A model generated the notes under the pieces. The model was not told the origin of the DNA and made no database searches. It was given only the letters and a program-made list of their open reading frames with translations. Below, one piece after another: positions 36,728 to 49,545 of a stretch of 64,000 nucleotides of DNA. The translations under genes and the position numbers were made by a program. This DNA comes from Carcharhinus amblyrhynchos (Eukaryota): assembly GCA_965287045.1 (NCBI GenBank), contig OZ336876.1, forward strand, positions 22,196,001-22,260,000, given 5' to 3'. Positions within the stretch are counted from its first letter, which is position 1. Every line of letters starts with the position of its first letter.

Positions 36728-38007
36728 TATTTTTAATGCAGAATTGAATGACTGCCACCGGTCAATTCAAATCATGTAAGGAGTGGACCCTTTTTTTCAG
36801 CTCAATGCTTTTTCCTTTGCACTGTAAATTTGTTGCATGCAGGGGTCAAATTCTGGTGTCATATCAACTGGAAAGGTTGCCACCATGGCAGAATAGTGCT
36901 CCTTCTGAGTCTTCTGGTGCAACCTGGGAACGTCGATGTAGGTGCCCTTCTCAAGGGGGTCGGCCACATGGGCCTTACCAGGAGAATCTGACGGCGCAGC
37001 AGAACACAACACCAGGAGCACGCAATGCCTCCTCAACTGTTACAGAGATTAAATTCGCACGCAGGGTTTGCAGAACATTAAAGACTTTTACAAAAAGCTA
37101 AAATACTGATTTCAAAAAATAAAGCAAAAGATAAAAATCTCAATTTTCTATATGCCACAATTCTCACCCTGAAATCTAAAATTGCATTGGCTTTTTATGT
37201 CCCCATTCGTTGTAGTTTTGCTTTTAATGTTTTTTGAAATCTTCTTGTTGTTCTATATAATCCACCTCGTCCTGTTTAACAAAGTATTATTACTCTATTT
37301 TTAATAAAATATACTAACTCATGTTTATTGGCTTTGAATTCTATTTTATACTCTTTGTCCAATTCGTCCTGTTGTTGATATCCCCTTGCAACTTCCTCCT
37401 GTTTTAGTAGCATCTGCAAATTTGGACACTACTCACTTGAGCTCTGAATCTAGATTATTGATACACACAATGACCATTTTTAGATTAAAAATGTCCAGCT
37501 TTCTATGCTATTCATGGCAAATAAGTTGGATTTGAATCATCTGGTCCTTCTTTGAACCTTATCTGGGGCTTCAATATCACCAGCAATGTGGCAGGGACCA
37601 AAACTGGACATAGTTATCAGGAATATACTTGAAGTTTATTCCTGCTCTGCTATTTTAAATAGGTGTGTAGAAACGTCAGTATAGTTTTCAATGCACCTCG
37701 AAGACAATGGAGCAGGAGCTGTTCCAAGCAAATCCAAGGCAAGTAACTTAAATGAGGTTCAGCTAAGGCTTTATACAAAATAGAATGGTAGATTTTATTT
37801 TGTATTCGATTACTCTGGCAATGCATTCTGACACTTTACTTCTCTGCAATTGTGACACTGATCGTAAACCTTCAGAAAAAACCTGTTCTTTCTCCCCCTC
37901 TATATCCTTAAACTCACAACACCGTTTGGTGTAAACATGCTTGACATTTATCCCCCGCCCCCGCCCCACCCCTCCCCGCCCCATGCAGAAGTCTATATTA
38001 AAGGATA

Positions 38008-38250
38008 AGAACAAAGAACAAAACAGCACGGGAAACAGGCCCTTCGGCCCAACAAGCCCGCGCCGCCAGTTTAACAAAGGATGTGCAGGTTAGGTTGATA
38101 GGCTATGCTAAATTGCCCCTTAGTATCGGGGGATTAGCAGAGTAAATACATTGGTTATGGGGATAGAGCCTGGATGGGATTTTTGTTGATGGAGGTTTGA
38201 TGCACTGCACTCCTTCTGCACTGTAGGGATTCTATGATTCCATGAATTAT
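38008..38250. mobile_element. Inverted SINE/CR1 tail (38008-38075, -) joined to an HE1-like SINE 3' half (+)
   Basis: agaacaaagaacaaaacagcacggg... followed by gatgtgcaggttaggttg...gggattctatgatt. Confidence 0.7.
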
Positions 38251-38459
38251 GAAGTGAAATGTGCCAGATTAATCCAGATTAGCTGTAACCTAATGTCTTC
38301 ATCAAAAGCTTCAACATCTGATCAAATGTTTGTATCATTCACAAACTCATCTTCAACAAAAAGAGTGAAGAGTAATAGTCTGAAACATTGATCCTTGTGG
38401 GACTCCACTCATATGCTCAGAGTCATTACCACTAAAAACAATGGTTATAATACCTTTAG

Positions 38460-41010
38460 GGGAGGCGATGGCTAGTGGTATTAACCCAGAAACCCAGCTA
38501 ATGTTCTGGAGACCCGTGTTCGAACCCCGCCATGGCAGGTGGTGGAATTTGAGTTCAATAAAAAATATCTGGAATTAAGAGTCTTCTGATGACCATGACA
38601 CCATTGTCGATTATCAGAAAAACCCATCTGTCCTTTAGGGAACAAAATCTGCCGTCCTTACCTGGTCTGGCCTACATGTGACTCCAGAGCCACAGCAATG
38701 TGGTTGACTCTTAGTTGCCCTCAGAAATGGCCTAGCAAGCCACTCAGTTGGAACAATCGCTACAAAATCTCAACAAAGAAATGAAATCAGGGTGGATCAT
38801 CTGGCATCAACCTAGGCACTGGAAAAGATAAGGGCAAAAAAAAAAACAGCCCTGTCAATCCTGCAAAGTCCTCCTTACTAACATCTGGGGGCTAGTGCCA
38901 AAATTGGGAGAGCTGTCTCACAGACTAGTCAAGCAACAGCCTGACATAGTCATTCTCACAGAATCATACTTTAGAGAAGAGTGGCTTGGCAGCAGCATTA
39001 AAGATCAAGCTGATTGCGTCCGAAAGGATATAATTGCTAGACTGGGTTTGCAGCAAGTGGTGAAGGAATCAACGAGAGGAAATAACATACTTGACCTCAT
39101 CCTTATCGATCTGCCGGCTGCGAATGCATCTATCCATGACAGGATTGTTAAGAATGACCACTCCACAGTCCTTGTGGAGACGAAATCCCACCTTCATATT
39201 GAGAATAACCTCCATCGTGTTGTGTGGCACTATTACTGTGCTAAATGGGACAGACTTCGAACCGATCTAGCAATTCAAGACTGGTCATCCATGAGGCACT
39301 GTGGGCCATCAACAGCAGTGGAATTGTACTCCAGCAAAAATCCGCAACCTCATGGCCTGGCATATCCCCCACTCAACTATTGGCTTCAAGCAGGGGATCA
39401 ATCCTGATTCAATGGAGAGTGCAGGAGGGCATGCCAAGAACAGCACTAGGCATGCTTTAAAATGAGGTGTCAACCTGGTGAAGTTACCAACAGGACAACT
39501 TGCATGCCAAATGGCAAAAACACAAGTGATAGACAGAGTTACGCGATCCCGCAACCAATGGATCAGACCTAAGCTCTGCAGTTCTTCCAGATCCAGTTGA
39601 GAATGGTGGTGAACAATTAAACAACTCACTGGAGGAGGAGATTCCACAAATATCCCCATCCTCACTGATGGAGGAGCCCAGCAGATCAGTGCACAAGATA
39701 AGGCTGAAGTATTCGCAGCAATCTTCAACCAGAAGTGTCAAGTGGGTGATCCATCTTGGTCTCTTCCAGTGGTCCCCAGCGTCTCAGATACCAGTCTCCA
39801 GCCAATTCGATTCATTCCACGTGATAACAAGAAGCAGTTGGAGGCACTGGATACTGCAAATGGAAATGGGCCCTGATAACATTCTGGCATTAGTACTGAA
39901 GACTTGTGCTCCAGAACTTGCTGCTCTCCTAGCCAAGCTCTTCCAGTGCAGTTACAACATTGGCGTCTACCCAACAATGTGGAAAATTGCCCAGGTATGT
40001 CCTGTACACAAAAAGCAGGACAAATCTAACCCCGCTAATTATTGCCCAATCAGCCTACTCTTGATCATCAGTATCCAGTATAGAAGGGGTCATCAACAGT
40101 GTATCAAGCAGCACTTGCTCAGCAATAACCTGCTCAGTGGCGCCCAGTTTGGGCTTTGCATAAGTCACTCAGCTCCTGACCTCATTACAGCCTTGATTCA
40201 AACATGGACGATAGAGCTGAATTCCAGAAATGAGGTGAGAGTGACAGTCCTTGACATCAAGGCCGCATTTGACCTAGTGTGGTATCAAGGAGCCCTAGCA
40301 AAACTGGAATCAATGGGTATTGGGGGCAAACTCTCCACTGCTTGGAGTCGTACCTGGTACATAGGAAAATGGTTGTCGTTGTGGAGGGTCAGTCATCTCA
40401 GCTCCACTGCATCTCTGTGGGAGTCCCTCAGGGAAGTGTCCTCAGCCCAACAATCTTCAGCTGCTTCATCGATGACCTTTCCCCGTCATAAGGTCAGAAG
40501 TGGGGATGTTTGCCAACTATTGCACAATGTTCAGCACCATTCATGATTCCTTAGATATTGAAGCAGTCCATTTTAAAACGCAACAAGATCTGGACAATAT
40601 CCAAGCTTGGGCTGACAAGTGACAAGTAACATTCATGCCACACAAATTCCAGGCAATGATCATCACCAATCAGAGACACTCTAACTGCCGCCCCTTGGCA
40701 TTCAATGGTGTAACCATCACTGGATTCCCCCATCTTTGCAGTTACCATTGACCAGAAACTGAACTGGATTAACACATAAACACCGTGGCTACAGGAGCAG
40801 GTCAAAGGCTCAGAATACTGCAGCAAGTAACTCACCTCCTGACTCCCCAGAGCCTATCCAGCCTCTACAAGGCACAAGTCAGGAATGTGATGGAATACTC
40901 CTCACTTGCCTGGATGAGCGCAGCTTCAACAACATTCGAGAAGCTTGATACCATCCAGGACAAAGCAGCCCACTTGATTGGCACATCTACTAACATTCAA
41001 CCCTCTCCCA
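38460..41010 (+). mobile_element. ORF1-less CR1/L2-group LINE with tRNA- and Deu-like SINE head, disrupted EN-RT
   Basis: Head ggggaggcgatggctagtggta...gtgttcgaacccc; Deu-like core ccttacctggtctggcctacatgtgactccag; then LLTNIWGL..IVILTES (EN), NPANYCPISLL, DIKAAFDLVW, GVPQGSVLSP. Confidence 0.85.
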
Positions 41011-41982
41011 CTAGCTTATCACTAGTAATCATTTCCAACACCTCATCTGAGGCAAAAGTCACGTTTAATGTGTGCAATTTCCTACTTCTGAACTAATATT
41101 TGTTTTAAAATATTGGTATCGTTATACACCAGGTTCTCATTTCAAGACATGTAGTTAGAAGATTAATTCTGTGAGATGTTTTGACCACTGATTCTCCTTC
41201 TGTTGTATTCCGTACAATGTTTTGAAACATTTGATAATGTCGGCACTTCCTGACAACATACGCCATGGCTGAAGGATCATGTTAAAATGAAAGTAGAATG
41301 CATTTTAAAGCAATGAGGCTAAACCTCCGGCGATGAGTAGAATCCAAGAGTTTGAAATGTTCTAAATTGAATTTTGTCCGGTCTGCATCGTCACAGATAT
41401 TACAGTGAGTATTCAAGAGATTAGATGAAATCCTTGTATGTCATTTTGTAAGGTGTAGTGCAATGTTTAGTGTGAGTCTAAGGATACTGAACAGCATAGG
41501 TATCATTAGGGATTTGTTGATCAAACAGCAGGTAATAATGGTTGGTCAATTTCTTCTTAATGTTGATCTGAAATGGATTGTTGAAGTCACATTTAAACCT
41601 AATGGATGCCTCCTGCATATTAACATGAAGCAACTAGATGTGTAAGATAGTCTTATCCACAATGGAATTTTATTATTTTCTTTCCTACATTTCTTTTCCC
41701 AAACTTAATTCAGCTCAAATTTGCACAGAGTCTGAGATTTGTTTTCTATGGTTTCCCTGGTAAAGTTGAAACTTTCTAAACAGGCTGGAAGCCTGAGTAT
41801 TCAGAGCAAAGGCAATTAGTTGGCAAATTCAAGCTTGATTAAAAATTCAGATCCCTTATTAAGTGCAGTGGCATTTCATTGTGACAAAACTCACTCTGTT
41901 GGGTAGCGCTTTTGTTGCTGTCTCTAACGTAACTTCATTTTAATGAGCACATCCAAACACTTGGCCTCCTTAAACTCCAGTC

Positions 41983-42235
41983 TACTAGAATCACAGAATT
42001 CTCCGATCTGTAGGAGGCCATTCAGCTCATTGTACTTGTGCTGGCTCTTTGAAAGAGCAATGCAATTAATTCCGCTTCCCTGCTCTTTCCTCAGAACACT
42101 GTGAATTTTCCCTTTCAAGTATATCCAATTTCCTTTTGAAAGTTACTGCTAAATCTCCTTCCAACACCCCTTTCAAGCAGTTCATTCCAGGTAATAATAG
42201 CTCACTGCCGAAAATAATTTCTTATCTCCCTTAAC
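41983..42235 (-). mobile_element. CR1 3' UTR fragment
   Basis: tagaatcacagaat tail complement followed by ggaggccattcagc. Confidence 0.7.
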
Positions 42236-42409
42236 TTTTTCACCAAAAATATACATACTTTTAAAACTACGTTTGGCATCACCTCATCAATACTTTTTGA
42301 TTTGGCTCATCTTCTCCATGGGTCTTTTAGCTTTCTTGGTCAGCTGGGTCATAGTTCTTGGTCTTTCATTTCAATTCTAGTGTTAAGAAAATTATAAAAA
42401 TAAAATATG

Positions 42410-42730
42410 TATCTGAGTCAGTTATTATAGTGTGGAGTTTGCACATTCTCCTCCTGTCTGTGTGGGTCTCACAACCCCTCTGTGGAGTTTGCACATTGTC
42501 CTCATGCCTGCGTGGGTTTCCTCCGGGTACTCCAGTTTCCTCCCACAGTCCAAAGATGTGCGGGTTAGGTTGATTGGCCATGCTAAGAAATTGTCCCTTA
42601 GTGTTGAGGTTAGAGGGGTTAGTGTGTATAATATGTCAGGATATGGGGGTAGGACCTGGGTGGGATTGTGTTCGGTGCAGACTTGATGGGCCGAAGGGCC
42701 TCTTTCTGCACTGTAGGGTTCTATGATCTG
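42410..42730 (+). mobile_element. HE1/V-like SINE with internal partial duplication
   Basis: gtggagtttgcacatt occurs twice (42431, 42482); tail ggttctatgatc. Confidence 0.85.
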
Positions 42731-43019
42731 ATCTTATACAAAGTGAGGTAATGGAGCCTGGGTAAAGTGTTGTCACATCTAGAAGGATAAATCCATTTTT
42801 ACTCTGATCTGGAATGAGCAAATAACAGGGTAAAAAAGTTCAGATTTTCCTATTCCTCTCATTTATCCACTGTCTATGGGCATATGGATGGCAATTGCCT
42901 TCAGTGTTGCCATGCAAGACTGAAGCTCTATAATTGTGGGTTACTACTGATTATTGAAAATTGGGCTCTGAAGAGTATACACCTCAATCATTAATTTCTT
43001 CCTGCTCTGCAAATGAATG

Positions 43020-43900
43020 GCACTCTCCTATTCCACTAACAGGTCCCTGTTCTCACTAATGTTTGATGAATTTCCCTGCAGTGACAACCCATATGACTGT
43101 CTGACTAATTTCTCACAAGTGCAAGTCTCTCGGCTGGTGCTTGTGCAGGTAAGATCCAAGGATAGGGTTGGTGCGCACATTGCAGCAGCTGTGAACCTGG
43201 AAGTGCAGTTTTTGGAGCAACTGCTGTCTTCATCCAATGTACCCCCGACAATGTAAAAGACAAGCAGAGTTCGTTTCACACACAGTGATATTTGCTGTGC
43301 AGAAATATGAATGAATGGAAAGGCACTTAATACTTTAAGAAAACACATCAAGTTGAAACTGTGTTTAATTAGCTTTGCCCCGCCTTGTCTTTCCAGGTCT
43401 CCAACCCTTGCACTTTCCTACACCTGCTTCTTCATCTATATGTGTGGGGACTCAGGGATTCTCATTGATGGTCATCCTCATTGGTTGACCTTCTGTGGCA
43501 TTATTTTAGAGCTTTTATCTCCCTTTGGAGAGAGAGAGGTTTTTAGATGTCATGGAGACTTCCACTATATGAAGTGATGTGTGCCAGCATGATGAGAGGC
43601 GAATGTGCCTTATTATTTTAAATGGAGTTTTCTTGGAAGACCAGAAGTCCTTTTGGCAGACACAGTAAGTGGAGAGACTGGTGTTAAGGTGGTGAGACAA
43701 AAAAAAGGAGTGTGATGTAAGTAAGTGAATGAAGCTGTTTGACTGGTAGAGCATAGGTTATGGAATCTCTTCCTGGCAGTTTCCGAGATGGCGAGAATTG
43801 CATCGCCTACCTCTGCCGCTCCCCTCCAGACCACATGGAGTGCCAATCCGACTGTCCCTTTTGGTGTCCACTCTCACAGAGCTACCTTCATGAATTCATC
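43020..43900 (-). mobile_element. Probable Harbinger Myb/SANT-like accessory ORF relic
   Basis: ALHVVWRGAAEVGDAILAISETARKRFHNL resembles the W..IAE.V...R...QCRKRFNDL helix of Harbinger Myb/SANT proteins; highly degenerate. Confidence 0.45.
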
Positions 43901-44396
43901 AGCAAATCTGGGATACTTCCAAAGGTGCTGACAGCCCTGGGCTGCTATTCTTCCTTCGCCACCTTAATGAAATGTGATGCTGCTAGTGTCTTATTGGCAG
44001 CTATTTGAATACCACCCCACTGTAAGCCTGACAGTGGGAGAGAATGCAGCCTTGAATGTCACAAATACAGTTCACATTTCTTGTTTTGGATCCCCCATTT
44101 CAAATGCTTCTTTGGCCACGTCTCAAACTATTTCTATTTTTTAGTTGCCATTTATTCACCCAGGATGGATAACTGCTGTGTTAAAGTACTGCAGGCTGAA
44201 ATTCCACAGCTCTTTTAACACATTCTGGCTAGCAGGTGTGTACTTCTGTCCCTGTGTTGTCAACAGCTGCTAGATCTTGTAGAGGGCAGAATCTTTGCCC
44301 CTTGATGCCTCAAGGCGTGCAGCCAGGGATACGAATTCCCATGCCGGGGATTTCCCAGACTTTGGCCTACATATGACTCTCCAAGAGGAGTCATAT

Positions 44397-44723
44397 GGGG
44401 CAGCACGGTGGCATAGTGGTTGGCACTGCTGCCTCATAGCGCAGGGGGCCTGGGTTCGATTCCCAGCTTGAGTCACTGTCTGTGTGGAGTTTGCACATTC
44501 TCCCTATGTCTGTATCTGTGCTCTGGTTTCCTCCCACAGACCAAAGATGTGTGGGTTAGGTGGATTGGCCATGTTAAATTGCCCCTCAAGTGTCAGAGGA
44601 TGAGATAGGGTAAATGCACAGGGTTATGGGGATAGGGCCTGGGTGGGATTGTGGTCGGTGCAGACTCAATGGGCCGAATGCCTCCTTCTGCACTGTAGGG
44701 TTTCTATCAATCTATGATTCTAT
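44397..44723 (+). mobile_element. Full-length HE1/V-like tRNA-SINE with TSD
   Basis: A box tggcatagtgg, B box ggttcgattcc, V-like core, CR1 tail tctatgattctat; flanked by gagtcatat and gagtcagat. Confidence 0.92.
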
Positions 44724-45049
44724 GAGTCAGATTGGCCAACACCCTAGTTGAAGTGAAGCTTACCTTGGGGTCCAGGCATCCTATCCTCTCCCACAAGTGA
44801 CTGATAAGCACAATTCTCTTCTTTCTTTTTATGGATCCTGTTATATATTGTATATATATTGGATTAACACATAAATGACTTTAGTTGCTATGTGTGAACC
44901 AGGTTTCATTCACAGTGCTTTTAAAATGTTTACCCCATGCACCAGCTCAGACCTCTACCTTTTTCTACAGTGTGTTTATTTTTTCCCAGAGTTGACACCC
45001 AGATTTAACTAATCAAGCAAAATGATTGTCAATCATAAACAGACTCACA

Positions 45050-48000
45050 TAATCAAACATAGCCAAAATCAACACTGCATCTTTTTCCCCTTATAAAACT
45101 AAAGATCTTATTTTGAATTGACTCATCGTAAACAACAAACGGAAGTACACTGAATAATTTCTTACAGTTCAGCTTGCCAGTTACTTGGTTGCGTGAACCT
45201 GCAAGATACTCAACTTTGAAGTTATACTGATGAAGGTGATCTGACCATTTGTAGGTACAGAGAGGTTGATGGCTAGATTCTGATGTGGCTAATATAGTCA
45301 ATGACTGGAGATTGGTGTGGAGAGTAAACTTTCTACCATAGATACATGTGCCAATGTCCACAAGTGTAGATGCAGGCTGTGCTTCCTGCTTTCCAACAGA
45401 GTATTTCTGTTCAGCTATTGACAACAGCATCTGCCATGTAAGCAATAGCATGTGCTTCCTTGAATATACCATGAGAACATGACTCCAATTATATTTCCTG
45501 AGGCACCTGTTGTGACATACATTCCTGCTAATGGGTTGAAATGCATAAGATCTAGAAAAATGCTACCTTCACCTTTAAGGTGAAATGCTGTTTTCTGTGC
45601 AATTATCTATTTGCATTTTTGTTCACTAGTGTCTAAAGAGTCTCTGCAATTTCTACATACTCAGGAATAAACTTGTGATAAAAATTGGTTATACTGAGGA
45701 ATTATGCCAATTATTTCATGTCAGATGGGACTAGAAGCGTGCAAATGGCTTTGATGTTATCGTGTGTAGGCTTTACTCCAGCTGCTGTCATTTTGTACCC
45801 TAGGAAGTCAATCCTGAGAGCTGCAAATGTGCATTTGTCTTTGTGGAGTATTAAATGGTCTTAATGGCAAGCTGAGTGAGCACTGCTGATAATTGTTTTG
45901 TTTCGGTCTTCACGGAGGAAGACGTGAATAATTTGCCGGGTGTTAGCGATGGAAAGGTGGTAGGACTGGAGGGTCTCAATGACTAGAGAGGTGGTGCTCG
46001 ACAGACTGGAGGGACTGATTGTGGACAAGTCCTCAGGACCGGATGGAATGCATCCGAGGGTTCTGAAAGAAATGGCGGAGGTGATAGTGGATGCCTTGGT
46101 GGTTATTTTCCAAACGTCGCTGGATTCCGGGGAAGTGCCGGAAGATTGGAAAGCGGCTAATGTTACGCCGTTGTTTAAGAAGGGTGCCAGGCAAAAGGCA
46201 GGGAATTATAGGCCGGTTAGTTTAACGTCTGTGGTAGGTAAAATGTTAGAATCCGTCATCAAGGAGGAAACAGCGAGGCATCTTGAGGGGAATTGCTTGA
46301 TAGAGCAGACGCAGCACGGTTTCGTTAAGGGGAAGTCGTGTCTTACAAATTTATTGGAGTTCTATGAGGATGTGTCTAGGGCGGTGGATAGAGGAGAGCC
46401 GGTGGATGTGGTCTTTCTTGATTTTCAGAAGGCGTTTGACAAGGTACCTCACAAGAGGTTATTGCAGAAGGTAAGGGGGCATGGAGTTGGGGGTAGGGTG
46501 TTAGCGTGGATAGAGGATTGGCTGTCAAAGAGGAGGCAGAGAGTGGGGGTTAATGGGTGCTATTCGGATTGGCGGTTGGTGACTAGTGGAGTGCCCCAGG
46601 GGTTGGTTCTGGGGCCTCAGCTATTTACCATTTATATAGATGATCTGGAGGAGGGAACCGAGTGTATGGTGTCGAAATTTGCTGATGACACCAAGATTGG
46701 TGGAAAGGCAAATTGCGCGGAGGGTGTGGAGAGTCTGCAGAAGGATCTAGATAGGCTGGGCGAATGGGCCAGGAAATGGCAAATGGAATTTAATGTTGGC
46801 AAGTGCGAGGTGGTCCACTTTGGTAGGAATAATGGTAGGAAGGACTATTACTTACGGGGCGAAAAACTGCAGCAGGCGATGGTGCAGAGGGACCTCAGGG
46901 TCCTTGAGCATGAGTCGCAAAAACCCAGCCTGCAGGCGCAGCAGGTGGTCAGGAAGGCTAATGGGATGCTGGCCTTCATAGCGAGGGGGATTGAATATAA
47001 AAGTAGGGAGATCTTGCTGCAGCTGTATAGGGCATTGGTGAGGCCGCAGCTGGAGTACTGTGTGCAGTTTTGGTCGCCGTACTTACACAAGGATATTTTG
47101 GCCTTGGAGGGAGTGCAGAGGAGGTTTACTAGGCTGATACTGGAGTTGAGGGGTTGAGCTATGAGGAGAGGCTGAATAAACCAGGCTTGTACTCGTTAGA
47201 GTTTAGAAGAATGAGGGGAGATCTCATTGAGATGTATAAGATGATGAATGGGATGGATAGGATAGAGGTGGAGAGGCTCTTCCCGCTCAGAAAGGACAGT
47301 AGGACTAGGGGGCACAGCCTCAAGATAAAGGGGGGGCGGTTTAGAACGGAGTTGAGGAGGAACTTCTTCACTCAAAGGGTGGTGAATCTCTGGAATTCTC
47401 TGCCCGTTGAGGTGGTGGAGGCTGCCTCGCTAAATATTTTTAAGACGCGGGTTGATGGGTTTTTGATAAGCGAGAGGATTAAGGGTTATGGGGAGAGGGC
47501 AGGAATGTGGAACTGAGCCACGACAGATCAGCCATGATCTTATTGAATGGCGGGGCAGGCTCGAAGGGCTGGATGGCCTACTCCTGCTCCTATTTCTTAT
47601 GTTCTTATGTTCTTATAATCACTGATCAGGTTCTGCTTTTTCCCTTCCATGGACAGCAATGTTTTCAAGTTGGTAGACCATCCCTGCAACATCTGACAAG
47701 ATTGAGGAAATGATCTTCTGGAATACGCTAAATGCTGATCTTATTCCACAGAGCATTCTGCGATATTGAAACGCAGTTGCAAGAGTAACAAAAGCTTTAA
47801 GCTCTTTCCACCATTTCTCTGACACCACACCCGGGCTTAACTAATTCAGCACACAGTGAGCATCAACTGTAAACAGAGTTACAATATTGAACACAGAACA
47901 ACTGAGCCACACAGATTCCCTTACAAAGTGGACTGTGGGGATACAAAGTCATTTTGGGGTTGGGAATTGGGTGGTGTCAACACACCTGTTAATTTCCAGC

Positions 48001-48500
48001 CACTGGCCAATTTTTGAGACTGAACACTCTGGTGTTGGCAACCACTGCTTGGGCGTCAGCAGAGAAGTTCAGCCCATTTCTGCCCCATTTATCAGCATCT
48101 AATTTTGTGGAGTGAATCTAAAGCAGATATTACTTATGCTCCTTGTTAATATATTAACAGGGCCTAACACCCTTGGTTGCACCCATTTTACACTCAAAGT
48201 TTGATATCTATCTCTATGAGCTTTTGTAATTTTAGAGAAACACAACACCTAACAGAAGCCAGTTTTCTTTCAGATCTTGATGCCAGCTGAAGATTCAACA
48301 TCAACTGGGAATCCATCAAATGTAATTCACCTCAATATGTACTTATCCGTGGCAATTAGATGTTGTGATCTTAAGGAGATGGATCAAGTTAAACACATCT
48401 CCATCTTAGCAGCAGAATAATGCTTAACAGGGTAACTATATCATAATGCTCCTCTCATAAAACAGCGTATGCTCTGGGTAAACATGAGGTATGACATATT
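45050..48500 (-). mobile_element. Gypsy protease/RT/RNase H relic, split by CR1
   Basis: AFQYRRMLCGIRSAFSVFQKIISSIL; IDFLGYK; AEQKYSVGKQEA; YGRKFTLHTN; YNFKVEYLAGSRNQV. Confidence 0.8.
45894..47614 (+). mobile_element. Young CR1, RT intact except one frameshift; TSD ATAAT
   Basis: 392-aa ORF then a 1-nt loss in a G run at ~47150 compared with 12775-12782; (TTCTTATG)n tail; ATAAT at 45889-45893 and 47615-47619. Confidence 0.95.
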
Positions 48501-48529
48501 AAATCCATTACCAGTTATGTTACGAAAAC

Positions 48530-49170
48530 AATATAGAGGCAATGGAGTCAGTGCAGGTAAGGTTTATGGGGATGTGATCATAGGTTTCAGGAATGGATTG
48601 ACAGGCTGGACCTCTTTTCTCTTGGAAATAAAGAAGTCTGAGGGGTGACTCAAAAGAGATCTTTCTAGTTCTGAGAGGATTTGATAGAATGAGTGCAGAG
48701 AGAATGTTTCCCGGCAGAGGAAGAGTATAACTAGGTCACCAATATAAGAAAGTCATCAGGAAATCCAATCATGAAATCAGAAGAAACTTCTTTACCCAAA
48801 GGATGGTGAGAATGTGGAGCTCACTACCACTTGGAGTGGTTGAAGCAATTTGTATCTTGTGTCCCGCGTTCAATATTGTAACTCTGTTTACAGTTGATGC
48901 TCACTGTGCTGAATTAGTTAAGTGTGGTCTCAGAGAAAAGTAAACAAATGGTGGAAAGAGTTAAAAGCTTTTGTTCCTCCTGCAACTGCGTTTCAATATC
49001 GCAGAATGCTCTGTGGAATAAGATTAGCATTTAGCATATTTAAGAGAAAACTAGCCAAACATTTGAGGGAGAAGGAGAGAGAGTCACAATGATAGACTTA
49101 GATTAAAAATATGGGAAAATGCTCAAGTTGAGTTAGTTGGGCTGATATATTGTATGTTGTATATTAAGTA
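48530..49170 (+). mobile_element. Old CR1 3' fragment carrying an inverted copy of nearby Gypsy sequence
   Basis: agaaacttctttacccaaaggatggtgagaatgtgg; interrupted at 48856-49040. Confidence 0.7.
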
Positions 49171-49179
49171 CTCCCACTG

Positions 49180-49545
49180 TTGTAAAACAATGTCAAGTAA
49201 TTATCTGGTCATTTACTCATTGCTGTTTCTGAGATCTTCTGTATATAGGCTGTTATGTTCGCCTATACCTAGATAGCAATAGTGAATTTGCTTCAACAAT
49301 AAATATTTTGTTGGCTGTGAAAGTAATTTGGGACGTCCTGGAGATATAAAAAATTCTTTTCTCATAAACTCGTGCATTGACCATGGCTAATCCATGTAAC
49401 CCACACATCACTGAGACTGTGGGAAGAAACCAGAGCACCCGGAGGAAACCCACTCAGACACAGGGAGAATGTGCAAACTCTACACAGTCACCCGAGGCCA
49501 GAATCAAACCCAGGTCCCTGGCGCTGTGAGGCATCATGCCGCCTG
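49180..49545. mobile_element. LF-SINE tail (+) followed by an HE1-like SINE fragment (-)
   Basis: attatctggtcatttactcattgctgttt...tttgggacgtcctg; then ctgtgggaagaaaccagagcacccggaggaaaccc. Confidence 0.65.

Noticed and set aside
44397-44470. tRNA gene
   Set aside because: The A/B boxes belong to a SINE head that continues into the V-like core and CR1 tail.
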